From assembly GCA_963704755.1 (NCBI GenBank), contig OY969938.1, forward strand, positions 2,310,001-2,342,000: 32,000 nt of DNA, given 5' to 3'. Position 1 is the first letter of the stretch. Each line of letters starts with the position of its first letter. The notes beneath the pieces are model-generated. The model ran no database searches and was not told the origin of the DNA. It saw only the letters and a program-made list of their open reading frames with translations. The translations under genes were made by a program, and so were the position numbers. The DNA is from an uncultured Chloroflexia bacterium. Lineage in GTDB: Bacteria > Chloroflexota > Anaerolineae > Anaerolineales > Anaerolineaceae. Positions 1 through 7,615 of this stretch are shown piece after piece.

Positions 1-1823
1 GATGATTCCAACCAGGTCACTTCGATTTGAGTGCCACAGCCCGGCTTGGTTTTCAGCTTCATTGTCGCATGAATGGCGGCCGCCCGCTCATGCATAATCT
101 TCAAGCCCAGATGCTCCGGCGAGACACAATCCGGCTCGAACCCGCAGCCATCGTCGCAAATCGTTATTTCTACCCGCTCAGGCAGGAAACGCAGGTTCAC
201 CGCCGTCTGGCTGGGGTTGGCGTATTTCGCCACGTTATTCAAAGCTTCCTGGGTGATGCGGTACAAGGCGACCTGTACGTCCGGCGGGAGCATGCGGTCC
301 CCCTCTACCGTCAGCGTGATGGGAATGCGTGTCCGGCTGGCAATGGCCTGGGTCAAGTGCTTGAAAAGGTCGCCCAGTTTGGCTTCTTTCAATGCGGAGG
401 GGCGCAGCTCGAACAACAGCGTGCGCATTTCGGCCAAGGCCCCGCGGGTCAACTGGCGCAATTCCTCCAGGCGCCGGCGGCCTTCGGCCTGGTCCCGGTC
501 CCACAGTCGCGGGATGACCTCGGCCATCAAGCTGGTTGAAAAGAGAGTCTGGCTGACGGCGTCGTGCAGCTCGCGGGCCAGGCGGTTGCGTTCGGCCATC
601 ACCGCCGCTTGCTCGGCTTGCATACGCAGGCGGGCGTTTTCAATCGCCAGGGCGACCTGATCGCTGAAGGCCAGGGCCATGCCGATCTCTTCCTCAGAAA
701 AAGCCTGCGGCTGCTGATAATACATCGAAATACCGCCGTAAACCTGGCCCTTAATGATCAGGGGCACGGCCAGCCAGGCCTGGTAAAGCGCGGTCATCTG
801 GTTGACCAGGCTCCATTCGGTGGGGGTCATGGTCAGGTCTGACTCGTCATCCAAAGTGTCGGCCGCATTGGCCACCGCCACCGGCTGGCGGGTCAAGATG
901 GCCTGGCGTACAGCTTCGCGCCCGGCCGACATCGCTTCGGTGTTCATAAATTCAGCCGGCAGCCCGTGAGCCGCTTGAACGGCAAGGTTGATGCCATTAG
1001 GCTGTAAGGAATAAATGGCCATCGCCTGGCAGTCCAGCAAGCGGCTGCTGACATGTTCGACGATATACCCCAAAATGTCATCCAGCGAGCGATTCGAGTT
1101 CAAAATGGCCATCATCACCCGCAGACCCTCGGCCATCTGGTGGCGTCCTTCGGCCTCGAGCCGCCGTTCTTGCTGCTCCTGGTAAAGGCGCGCGTTTTGC
1201 AGGCCAATCACCGCGCTGGGGGCCAACATACTCACCACCCGCAGGCTGTCGGCGCCTAATACCGCCTTGTCGTGGTCCGCCATCGCGATGACCCCGATCG
1301 GCCGGATCCCCGAAATGAGCGGCACCGTCATATAACTGTGGATATTGCCAAAGCGCTTGATGGCTTCGCGGTAAAGCCGGGTGTCGTCGCTTTGTACATC
1401 TGCGATCATGATCGGCTGGCTGGTTTGAATGGATAAACCGGCCACCGATTGCGCCACCGGGATACGATAGCCGATCAATTCTTCGGGGTGCTTGTGCCCA
1501 GACACCGCAGCGATCTGCAAGTCATTTCCTTCCAGCACGTACAACAAACTCAATTGGGCTGAAGTGAGGCGTTGGGCCGCATCGGCAATCAACTGCAATA
1601 CATCGCTCAAATCAAGCTGGCTGGTAATAGCCTGCTGGATGGTCAGCAGGGTCACTAACTCGTCGGCATGTTGTTTGGTCGAACAAGGGGTATTCGTATA
1701 ATGGCAAGAAGGCCAATCCACCGAGGGGGTGATCGTTTCCAGGTTTGGTTTTTTAGAGATGCTATTTTCTTTGACCATTCTCGCGTTTTTGGGGGAGTGA
1801 GCCAGGGATTTACTTTCAGGCAT
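1..1823 (-). CDS. Sensor histidine kinase, GAF-GAF-HisKA_3-HATPase_c (NarX/DegS type); C-terminus runs off the left edge of the window
   Basis: Missing from the ORF track because no stop codon lies inside the window. My reverse-strand translation is open from ATG 1823 (alternative ATG 1778) to base 1. It reads two GAF-like blocks (...VSGHKHPEELIGYRIP..., ...IKGQVYGGISMYY...), then ERNRLARELHDAVSQTLFS (H-box), QEALNNVAKYA (N-box) and DDGCGF (G1). The + strand ORFs 27..539, 73..660 and 564..842 are its antisense shadows. ATG 1823 overlaps the upstream stop (ATGCCTGA). Confidence 0.85.
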   Translation of the reverse strand, partial: MPESKSLAHSPKNARMVKENSISKKPNLETITPSVDWPSCHYTNTPCSTKQHADELVTLLTIQQAITSQLDLSDVLQLIADAAQRLTSAQLSLLYVLEGNDLQIAAVSGHKHPEELIGYRIPVAQSVAGLSIQTSQPIMIADVQSDDTRLYREAIKRFGNIHSYMTVPLISGIRPIGVIAMADHDKAVLGADSLRVVSMLAPSAVIGLQNARLYQEQQERRLEAEGRHQMAEGLRVMMAILNSNRSLDDILGYIVEHVSSRLLDCQAMAIYSLQPNGINLAVQAAHGLPAEFMNTEAMSAGREAVRQAILTRQPVAVANAADTLDDESDLTMTPTEWSLVNQMTALYQAWLAVPLIIKGQVYGGISMYYQQPQAFSEEEIGMALAFSDQVALAIENARLRMQAEQAAVMAERNRLARELHDAVSQTLFSTSLMAEVIPRLWDRDQAEGRRRLEELRQLTRGALAEMRTLLFELRPSALKEAKLGDLFKHLTQAIASRTRIPITLTVEGDRMLPPDVQVALYRITQEALNNVAKYANPSQTAVNLRFLPERVEITICDDGCGFEPDCVSPEHLGLKIMHERAAAIHATMKLKTKPGCGTQIEVTWLES

Positions 1824-2802
1824 CTTCGATGGTCAGGTAAGCCATCGTCTGGTTCAACAACTGGTAGGCGATCTCGCCAAAGGTGATCGGGCCGGTAAAA
1901 TCGGTCGCTTTTCTTCCTTCCAGGCCGGCATAAAGATAGTTCAAAATACAATTACAGGCAAAGAAAAGTTTATCACCAATGCCGGCGGGCACTTGAGCCA
2001 GGAATAAGTCCTCATAATCGCCGACCGGTTTGGCAATTTTATAGCGGAAACCTGCAAAAACAGGGGCATAAAAATTTACCCGCTGGTTGACAAAATCCAG
2101 GCCCTTGAAACTGGTATTGATCATGGCACCGTGCAGGTCGGCCACCAGGGGCAGCTTGGTATCGATGGAATTTTCGCACAGATAATCGGCAAAGTTCTTT
2201 TCCTGGCCATTGACCAAGGCTTTGGTAGCGCTAAACCCGTCCTCGAAAAAGGTGATCGTATCGCCTTTTCCCTGCTCGAAGATGTTGACGATATCGATCT
2301 CTACCAGCTTGCTGGCCGGAAGTTCCACGTGTAAAACCACTGCCCCATTTTCCAGGGTCTGGCCTAGAGACCCATAGAATACTTTAGCCGTAGTTCCGCG
2401 TTGATCCAGGACCGACCCGGCGATCCAGCCGATCAATGGGCTGGTGGCAAAACCCGGAAAGTTGGGAGCATTCAGCGCAAAGGCAAAATGGGTTGGGCAG
2501 GTGGCCGGGATGATTATGACGCTAAAACCATGGCGGGGCGCATCCTTATAAACCAGGTGAATGTTATTTTCGTCGTAAATTTTAACTTCAGTATGGAGGA
2601 CATACTCTGGTAGTTCGGTCACATAAATCTGGTCTTGGGGAAACAGTTCCCCCTGTTCATTTGTAACATAGGGCATGGTACCCGCGATCCAATTTCCCGG
2701 CGGAAGGTCGCGAAGGGATGTTTCGTTGCCAGCCAGGAGCAATTTCTTCCCGGCTGTAATCATGGCTATGACAGCGTCTTTCTCGAATAGAACTGGTTTC
2801 AA
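1816..2802 (-). CDS. Hypothetical protein, possibly a FIST-type sensory domain protein, translationally coupled to the downstream kinase
   Basis: 328-codon ORF in the track. The start is TTG 2802, overlapping the upstream stop as TTGA; the first ATG is at 2763. The C-terminal ...LFFACNCILNYLY...GPITFGEIAYQLLNQTMAYL resembles the end of FIST_C domains (C..., GEI, NxT). Its stop overlaps the kinase ATG. The family call is from motif memory only. Confidence 0.6.
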   Translation of the reverse strand: MKPVLFEKDAVIAMITAGKKLLLAGNETSLRDLPPGNWIAGTMPYVTNEQGELFPQDQIYVTELPEYVLHTEVKIYDENNIHLVYKDAPRHGFSVIIIPATCPTHFAFALNAPNFPGFATSPLIGWIAGSVLDQRGTTAKVFYGSLGQTLENGAVVLHVELPASKLVEIDIVNIFEQGKGDTITFFEDGFSATKALVNGQEKNFADYLCENSIDTKLPLVADLHGAMINTSFKGLDFVNQRVNFYAPVFAGFRYKIAKPVGDYEDLFLAQVPAGIGDKLFFACNCILNYLYAGLEGRKATDFTGPITFGEIAYQLLNQTMAYLTIEDA

Positions 2803-3104
2803 TTCTTCACCACCTTGCTAAAAATTTTCTGCAAATCAGCCTGGGCTTTAGGCAAGTCTTTATTCCTGACGAAATATTCCCGTAATTCCTGGATACTTTT
2901 TTGGATGGTTTCAGGGCTGGGATTCATCTCATAAATTATTGTAAGTCGCCCCAGAAGGATCTTGGTCGCCAGTAATTCGTAATGTGGGGATTCCTGGCCG
3001 GTAATCGCCTTGACCCAGCCGGGGTCGGACTCATCAGGAATTATCATCAGCAGCAGTCCTTGTATTGAGTGATCCGATATGCATCGATCCAGTGAAAGAT
3101 CCAA
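2799..3104 (-). CDS. Small hypothetical protein, first gene of the FIST-like/kinase operon
   Basis: ORF in the track with a TTG start at 3104. A more conventional ATG lies at 3047 (MIIPDESDPGW...). There is a 4-nt stop/start overlap with the next gene. No recognisable motif. Confidence 0.4.
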   Translation of the reverse strand: MDLSLDRCISDHSIQGLLLMIIPDESDPGWVKAITGQESPHYELLATKILLGRLTIIYEMNPSPETIQKSIQELREYFVRNKDLPKAQADLQKIFSKVVKN

Positions 3105-3166
3105 TAAGCCTTGTTTACTTTACTCCACTTGTGACAAGATTTACTAATGGAAAAAATCCGGGCTTA

Positions 3167-3195
3167 TTGACAAAAAGTCACAAAAATCATACAAA
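3167..3195 (+). promoter_or_regulatory. Candidate sigma70-type promoter reading into the left repeat array
   Basis: TTGACA (3167-3172), a 17-nt spacer, then TACAAA (3190-3195). It lies about 35 nt upstream of the first A repeat unit. Pattern match only. Confidence 0.25.
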
Positions 3196-3229
3196 AGCAG
3201 TCTTTTTCTGGAGTTTTTGGGGCCTGCCC

Positions 3230-3416
3230 GTAGCCCGGCTTTCAAAGCCGGGGGGGGGTAGCAAGACTGGCGTCTCTGACCGAGCCCGTGGCAGCTAAAG
3301 CTGCACCTACAAGTACACAAAGACCCACCTGCGTGGGTCTCTCTTTTGGCAGGGCCTGACCCCATGGCCGGGATTCTGCCGGGCCGGCGCTCTCTCGGGT
3401 TTGAAACCCGAGCTAC
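3230..3416 (+). repeat. A unit copy A1 (187 nt)
   Basis: Starts GTAGCCCGGCTTTCAAAGCCGGG and ends CTCGGGTTTGAAACCCGAGCTAC. Internal hairpins are CAGCTAAAGCTG and AGACCCACCTGCGTGGGTCT followed by CTCTTTTGG. Confidence 0.9.
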
Positions 3417-3463
3417 CTACTTAAAACCCGAGCTACCTGCTGGAGTTTTAGGAAGTGAGAGTC

Positions 3464-3628
3464 GTAGCCCGGCTTTCAAAGCCGAGAGGTAGCAAGACCG
3501 GCGTCTCTGACCGAGCCGGTGGCAGCTAAAGCTGCACCTACAAGTACACAAAGACCCACCTGCGTGGGTCTCTCTTTTGGCATAAGCCCGATTCTATAGT
3601 CGAGATTCTGCCCGGCAAGCCGGCGAAG
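3464..3628 (+). repeat. A unit copy A2, 3' part replaced by a variant tail leading into B1
   Basis: Near-identical to A1 from 3464 to about 3582. It then has the same variant tail as copy A6 (7007-7170). Confidence 0.8.
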
Positions 3629-3757
3629 TGCCCTCACCCCGGCCCTCTCCCAGCGGACAGGGCCGGTTCGGATGAGCGTTTTACGCTGGGAGAGGGTGAG
3701 AAAACTTCAAAAGAGAGGGGCCGGAGGCCCCTCTCTTTTGAATGCCACCTTACCCGA
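3629..3757 (+). repeat. B unit copy B1 (about 129 nt, two long hairpins)
   Basis: TGCCCTCACCCCGGCCCTCTCCCAGCG...CGCTGGGAGAGGG forms a 13-bp stem. AAAAGAGAGGGGCC-GGA-GGCCCCTCTCTTTT forms a 14-bp stem. A second copy lies at 7171-7298. Confidence 0.85.
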
Positions 3758-3788
3758 GGCTAACACCTCAGACCTGGCTTCGGGCATG

Positions 3789-3873
3789 CTCAAGCTGCAC
3801 CTACAGGCACACAAAGGTGGGTCTTCGTGTTTTTGTTGCCGCGACCTCGGTCGCCCACGGGCGTAGCCCGTCT
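3789..3873 (+). repeat. Chimeric segment: middle of an A unit fused to the 3' part of a C unit
   Basis: CTCAAGCTGCACCTACAGGCACACAAAG is A-like. It is joined directly to GTGGGTCTTCGTGTTTTTGTTGCCGCGACCTCGGTCGCC, which is C-like. The junction falls inside the shared AGACCCAC/GTGGGTCT hairpin module. Confidence 0.7.
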
Positions 3874-4057
3874 GTAGCCCGGCTTTCTAAGCCGGGGGGT
3901 AGCAGGACCGGTGTGTTTAACCGAGCCCGTAGCAGCTAAAGCTGCACCAACAAGTACACAAAGACCCACCTGCGTGGGTCTCTCTTTTGGCAGGGCCTGA
4001 CCCCATGGCCGGGATTCTGCCGGGCCGGCGTTTTCTCGGGTTTGAAACCCGAGCTAC
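3874..4057 (+). repeat. A unit copy A3 (184 nt)
   Basis: Full-length copy with the same termini as A1. Confidence 0.9.
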
Positions 4058-4108
4058 CTACAAGCCCGTCCCACTGATTGCGCCGCCGCGAAGCTTTCTC
4101 TTTAGGTT

Positions 4109-4114
4109 TATAAT
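4109..4114 (+). promoter_or_regulatory. Perfect TATAAT hexamer about 90 nt upstream of the DUF364-like gene
   Basis: TATAAT at 4109-4114. No convincing -35 at the correct spacing. Confidence 0.2.
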
Positions 4115-4202
4115 AGGACCCGGTGGATCCGCTTTGTTTTTCCGCCGGTGCCCCTAAATTTAAAATCGAAATACTTCCCATAAAAATCACAACAGGACTC
4201 TC

Positions 4203-4952
4203 ATGAATGTATTGGATGATTTAATCGCGTCCACCAGGATGGCCGCCCCGCGCGATCCGGTCGCAGAGGTGCGGGTTGGACTGTATTACACGGCCGTGCA
4301 GAGCCGCGAAACCGGCCTGGCCGCTACCATGAACAGCACCCCGTGCTGCAAGACGGAAAAACTGGAGTGGATGGGCCACCTGCACGAGCGTCCCGCCAGT
4401 GAGATGCTGCCGTTCCTGCGTTCCGAAAACCCCCTGGAAGTGAGCATCGGCCTGGCTGCGCTCAATTCGCTGATCCCCATCCAGCGCGGAAACGGGGTAG
4501 AAATCAACGCCCGTGACTTCATCCTCGAGCGCGGCCGCGATAAGAATATCGTCACCATCGGGCATTTCCCCTTTACCGATGCGCTCAGGAAGGTGGCCAA
4601 AAACGCCTGGGTGCTGGAATTGGACCCCTGCCCGGGTGATGAGCCTTCCGGCGCCGCCCCAGAGCTGCTCCCGCAGGCGGATATTATCGGCGTGACCGCC
4701 ACTACCTTGTTGAACGATACCTATGACGACCTGGCGCGGCTGTTTCCCAGACAGGCGTTGGTAGTCATGATCGGCCCATCCACCCCGTTCAGCCCGGTGC
4801 TGTTCGATTACGGCGTGGACGTCCTGGCCGGCTCGGTCGTGTGCGACCCGGCCGCCCTGTTCCACAGCGTCAGTCAGGGCGCAGCCCAACGCCAACTGGC
4901 CGGTCTGCAGCGCTATATCATGATGCGCGAATCGTTCGCCAAAGCAGCATGA
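4203..4952 (+). CDS. DUF4213/DUF364-family protein (Rossmann-like, 'putative heavy-metal chelation' family)
   Basis: 249-aa ORF. The layout resembles DUF4213 followed by DUF364: [12 protein letters not shown]...GLAAT, then IVTIGHFPF...VLELDP...[19 protein letters not shown]...[28 protein letters not shown] overlap with the next gene. Confidence 0.75.
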   Translation: MNVLDDLIASTRMAAPRDPVAEVRVGLYYTAVQSRETGLAATMNSTPCCKTEKLEWMGHLHERPASEMLPFLRSENPLEVSIGLAALNSLIPIQRGNGVEINARDFILERGRDKNIVTIGHFPFTDALRKVAKNAWVLELDPCPGDEPSGAAPELLPQADIIGVTATTLLNDTYDDLARLFPRQALVVMIGPSTPFSPVLFDYGVDVLAGSVVCDPAALFHSVSQGAAQRQLAGLQRYIMMRESFAKAA

Positions 4953-6253
4953 CCATTCGCATCACTCCGCTGGATGGCTGGACCAGCCGGAAAATTGCCT
5001 GCGAATCAAACCTGACCGCTGAAGCTCTCGCGGCCTATCAACTCGAAAAACTACGTCAGACGCTCGACCTGGCCCGCCGAAAAAGCCCGTTTTACCAAAA
5101 GCACCTGCAAGACGCGCCTAGCCGGATCACCAGCCTGGGGGACGTGGCCCAATTCCCCTTTACTACGGCCGAGGATATCCGCGCACACGCGCTGCAATTC
5201 CTGTGCGTCTCGCAGGATGAGATTCAGCGCGTGGTCACCCTGGATACGTCCGGCACCACCGGCCAACCCAAACGACTCTATTTCACCCGGGAAGACCAGG
5301 AACTGACCATCGACTTTTTCCAGGTCGGCATGTCCACTTTCACCGCGCCGGGGGACAAAGTCTTGATCCTGCTGCCGGGTGAACGGACCGGAAGCGTGGG
5401 CGACCTGCTGGCCATCGCCCTGCAGCGCCTGGGGGGCCACCCAATAAAACATGGCATTGTGGGGGATATTGCCGAGACGCTGGCCGTGATCCAGGCCGAA
5501 AAGGTGGATGGCCTGGTGGGTATACCAGCGCAGGTGCTCGCGCTGGCCCGCTACAGCCCGGATGTACGCCTCAAAAGCGTCCTGTTGAGCACCGACCATG
5601 TGCCGGGCGCGGTTGTCCGGGCGCTGGAGCATACCTGGAGCTGCCAGGTATACAACCACTACGGCATGACAGAAATGGGCCTGGGCGGCGGGGTCGATTG
5701 CCAGGCGCGGCGCGGGTATCACCTGCGCGAAGCCGATCTGTTCTTCGAGATCGTCGAGCCGTTGAGCGGCCGGCCGGTCGCGGAAGGCGAGGCCGGCGAG
5801 GTGGTCTTTACCACGCTCACCCGCCAGGGCATGCCGCTGATTCGCTATCGTACCGGCGACCTCAGCCGGTTCATCCCCGGCGTGTGCTCATGCGGGACCC
5901 GCCTGAAAACCCTGGAATGGATACGCCAACGGGTTGGCGGGGCCATTTCTATTGCGGGCCAGGGTCAATTAACCCTGGCCGATCTGGACGAAGCGCTCTT
6001 CGCGCTGGATGGCATCTATGACTTCAGCGCGACTTTTTCGCATGGCACCGGGGGAGATCGGCTCGACGTGCAGGCCCGTGCTATGCTGGACACTGGGCCT
6101 GCCCTGATTGGCGCTGTGGAAGCCGCCCTGGAGACCATCCCGGCAGTCCGCCTTGCCCGCGCCGCTGACCGGCTGGATGTGCAGATCGAAATCCTGGCCG
6201 GCCCGCCGGTGCCGCCCCCCGCGGGCAAGCGGGTGCTGCATATTTCTCAGTAG
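4949..6253 (+). CDS. Phenylacetate-CoA ligase / coenzyme F390 synthetase-like adenylate-forming enzyme (PaaK family)
   Basis: Motifs [20 protein letters not shown] and YRTGD; about 434 aa as in PaaK-like enzymes. The start is moved from the track's 4841 to ATG 4949, which overlaps the upstream stop (ATGA). The TAG stop lies inside a repeat module. Confidence 0.85.
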   Translation: MTIRITPLDGWTSRKIACESNLTAEALAAYQLEKLRQTLDLARRKSPFYQKHLQDAPSRITSLGDVAQFPFTTAEDIRAHALQFLCVSQDEIQRVVTLDTSGTTGQPKRLYFTREDQELTIDFFQVGMSTFTAPGDKVLILLPGERTGSVGDLLAIALQRLGGHPIKHGIVGDIAETLAVIQAEKVDGLVGIPAQVLALARYSPDVRLKSVLLSTDHVPGAVVRALEHTWSCQVYNHYGMTEMGLGGGVDCQARRGYHLREADLFFEIVEPLSGRPVAEGEAGEVVFTTLTRQGMPLIRYRTGDLSRFIPGVCSCGTRLKTLEWIRQRVGGAISIAGQGQLTLADLDEALFALDGIYDFSATFSHGTGGDRLDVQARAMLDTGPALIGAVEAALETIPAVRLARAADRLDVQIEILAGPPVPPPAGKRVLHISQ

Positions 6254-6279
6254 CCCGGCTTTGAAAGCCGGGGGGTAGC
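6250..6279 (+). repeat. Solo 5'-terminal module of the A unit, overlapping the ligase stop codon
   Basis: GTAGCCCGGCTTTGAAAGCCGGGGGGTAGC. The TAG at 6251-6253 is the stop codon of the ligase. Confidence 0.8.
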
Positions 6280-6383
6280 TTTATGTGTCAGGTGCCAAGT
6301 GTCAGGTGTCAGGGGCCTGGACCAGCCGAGGTCTACGACGATGGAGCTCCGTGCTGTTGGACGCCAACGGGCACAGCCCGTCC

Positions 6384-6571
6384 GTAGCCCGGCTTTCAAA
6401 GCCGGGGGGTAGCAAGGCTAGCGCCTCTGACCGGGCTCGGAGCAAGCAGCTAAAGCTGCACCTACAGCCACACGAAGCCCCACCTGCGTGGGGCTCCTTT
6501 TCGGCAAAGGTCGATTCTTTGGCCGGGATTCTGTCCGGCCGGCGCTCTCTCGGGTTCGAAACCCGAGCTAC
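6384..6571 (+). repeat. A unit copy A4 (188 nt)
   Basis: Full-length copy. Subtype with GACCGGGCTCGGAGCAAGCAGCTAAAGC, shared with A7. Confidence 0.9.
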
Positions 6572-6696
6572 TTAATAAGACCCGCCTTCGAAAGCCGGGC
6601 CGCGCCATACCCCCGTAGGGGTTGAGACCCACGCAGGTGGGTCTTCGTGTTTTTGTTGCCGCGACCTCGGTCGCCAACGTGCGTAGCCCGTCTATC
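6572..6696 (+). repeat. C unit copy C1 (125 nt) with a + strand intrinsic-terminator-like hairpin at 6625-6658
   Basis: AGACCCAC-GCAG-GTGGGTCT followed by TCGTGTTTTTGTTG, plus hairpins ACCCCCGTAGGGGT and GCGACCTCGGTCGC. Confidence 0.85.
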
Positions 6697-6880
6697 GTAG
6701 CCCGGCTTTCAAAGCCGGGGGGTAGCGAGACCGGCGCCTCTGACCAGGTCTGGAGCAGTTCAAGCTGCACCTACAGCCACACGAAGCCCCACCTGCGTAG
6801 GGCTCCATTTCGGCAAAACTCGATTCCATAGACAGGATGCTTTTTGGCCGACGCTCTCTCGGGTTCGAAACCCGAGCTAC
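6697..6880 (+). repeat. A unit copy A5 (184 nt)
   Basis: Subtype with GACCAGGTCTGGAGCAG. The central hairpin carries one mismatch (GTAGGGCT). Confidence 0.9.
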
Positions 6881-7006
6881 GCTAATAAGACCCGCCTTCA
6901 AAAGCTGGGCCGCGCCATACCCCCGTAGGGGTTGAGACCCACGCAGGTGGGTCTTCGTGTTTTTGTTGCTGCGACCTCGGTCGCCAACGTGCGTAGCCCG
7001 TCTATC
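6881..7006 (+). repeat. C unit copy C2 with terminator-like hairpin at 6935-6968
   Basis: Near-identical to C1. Confidence 0.85.
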
Positions 7007-7170
7007 GTAGCCCGGCTTTCAAAGCCGGGGGGTAGCGAGACCGGCGCCTCTGACCAGGTCTGGAGCAGCTAAAGCTGCACCTACAGCCACACGAAGCCCC
7101 ACCTGCGTGGGGCTCTCTTTTGACGTATGCCGATCCAATAGCCGGGGATTTGCCTGCCAAACCGACGAAA
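7007..7170 (+). repeat. A unit copy A6, 3' part replaced by a variant tail leading into B2
   Basis: Same A(trunc)+B architecture as 3464-3757. Confidence 0.8.
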
Positions 7171-7298
7171 TGCCCTCACCCCGACCCTCTCCCAGCGGAC
7201 AGGGCCGGTTCAGATCAACATAATACGCTGGGAGAGGGAGAAAAACCTCAGAGGAGAGGGGCCAAAGGCCCCTCTCCTCTGAATGCCACCTTACCCGA
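7171..7298 (+). repeat. B unit copy B2
   Basis: TGCCCTCACCCCGACCCTCTCCCAGCG...CGCTGGGAGAGGG and GAGGAGAGGGGCC-AAA-GGCCCCTCTCCTC. Relative to B1, the second stem has changes on both arms that keep pairing. Confidence 0.85.
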
Positions 7299-7305
7299 TC
7301 CAATC

Positions 7306-7493
7306 GTAGCCCGGCTTTCAAAGCCGGGGGGTAGCGAGACTGGCGCCTCTGACCGGGCTCGGAGCAAGCAGCTAAAGCTGCACCTACAGCCACACGAAGC
7401 CCCACCTGCGTGGGGCTCCTTTTCCGCAAAGCTCGATTCCATAGACAGGATGCTTTTTGGCCGGCGCTCTCTCGGGTTCGAAACCCGAGCTAC
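7306..7493 (+). repeat. A unit copy A7 (188 nt)
   Basis: Same subtype as A4. Confidence 0.9.
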
Positions 7494-7615
7494 TTAATAA
7501 GACCCGCCTTCGAAAGCCGGGCCGCGCCATACCCCCGTAGGGGTCGAGACCCACGCAGGTGGGTCTTCGTGTTTTTGTTGCCGCGACCTCGGTCGCCAAC
7601 GTGCGTAGCCCGCCT
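7494..7615 (+). repeat. C unit copy C3 with terminator-like hairpin at 7547-7580
   Basis: Near-identical to C1 and C2. Confidence 0.85.

Larger units (their letters stand above)
3209..4057. repeat. Left array of the modular multi-hairpin repeat family, ordered A1, A2(truncated), B1, chimeric C, A3
   Basis: Direct reading shows three copies of the A unit, one B unit and one chimeric C-like segment. It shares a consensus with the array at 6250-7866. Confidence 0.9.

Noticed and set aside
27-1259. + strand ORFs 27..539, 73..660, 564..842 and 1053..1259, and the minus-strand ORF 235..504
   Set aside because: They lie antisense or out of frame to a clearly motif-bearing histidine kinase on the minus strand (H-, N- and G-boxes read directly). 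Long shadow ORFs are typical of GC-rich coding DNA.
1655-1951. Minus-strand ORF of 98 aa spanning the junction of the FIST-like gene and the kinase
   Set aside because: It is out of frame with both well-supported genes it overlaps, and its composition is low-complexity and Arg/Pro-rich.
3065-4190. Short ORFs on both strands inside the left repeat array (for example 3065..3298, 3144..3365, 3672..3866, 3742..3939, 3936..4190)
   Set aside because: Their 'conserved' peptides (VARLSKPGG...) only reflect repeated DNA. The frames break at different points in different copies, there is no SD, and the sequence is dominated by palindromic hairpins.
4841-4948. Track start at 4841 for the ligase ORF (108-nt N-terminal extension)
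   Set aside because: The extension overlaps the preceding gene by 112 nt and is Arg/Pro-rich. ATG 4949 gives the classic ATGA coupling and a PaaK-like length.
4221-5722. Minus-strand ORFs 4221..4895, 4286..4702 and 5051..5722, and + strand ORF 4513..4695
   Set aside because: They are antisense or out-of-frame shadows of the DUF364-like and PaaK-like genes, which carry recognisable motifs.
6549-6575. tRNA-like T-arm (CTCGGGTTCGAAACCCGAG followed by CTAC) at the 3' end of every A unit
   Set aside because: No matching acceptor 5' strand, D-arm or anticodon arm occurs at tRNA distances. The partner GTAGC lies about 185 nt away, so this is a T-arm-like hairpin and not a tRNA gene.
6640-6680. CRISPR-like look of GTTTTTGTTGCCGCGACCTCGGTCGCCAAC recurring about every 310 bp
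   Set aside because: The intervening sequences are themselves conserved repeats rather than unique spacers. The period is far too long, and no cas genes are present.
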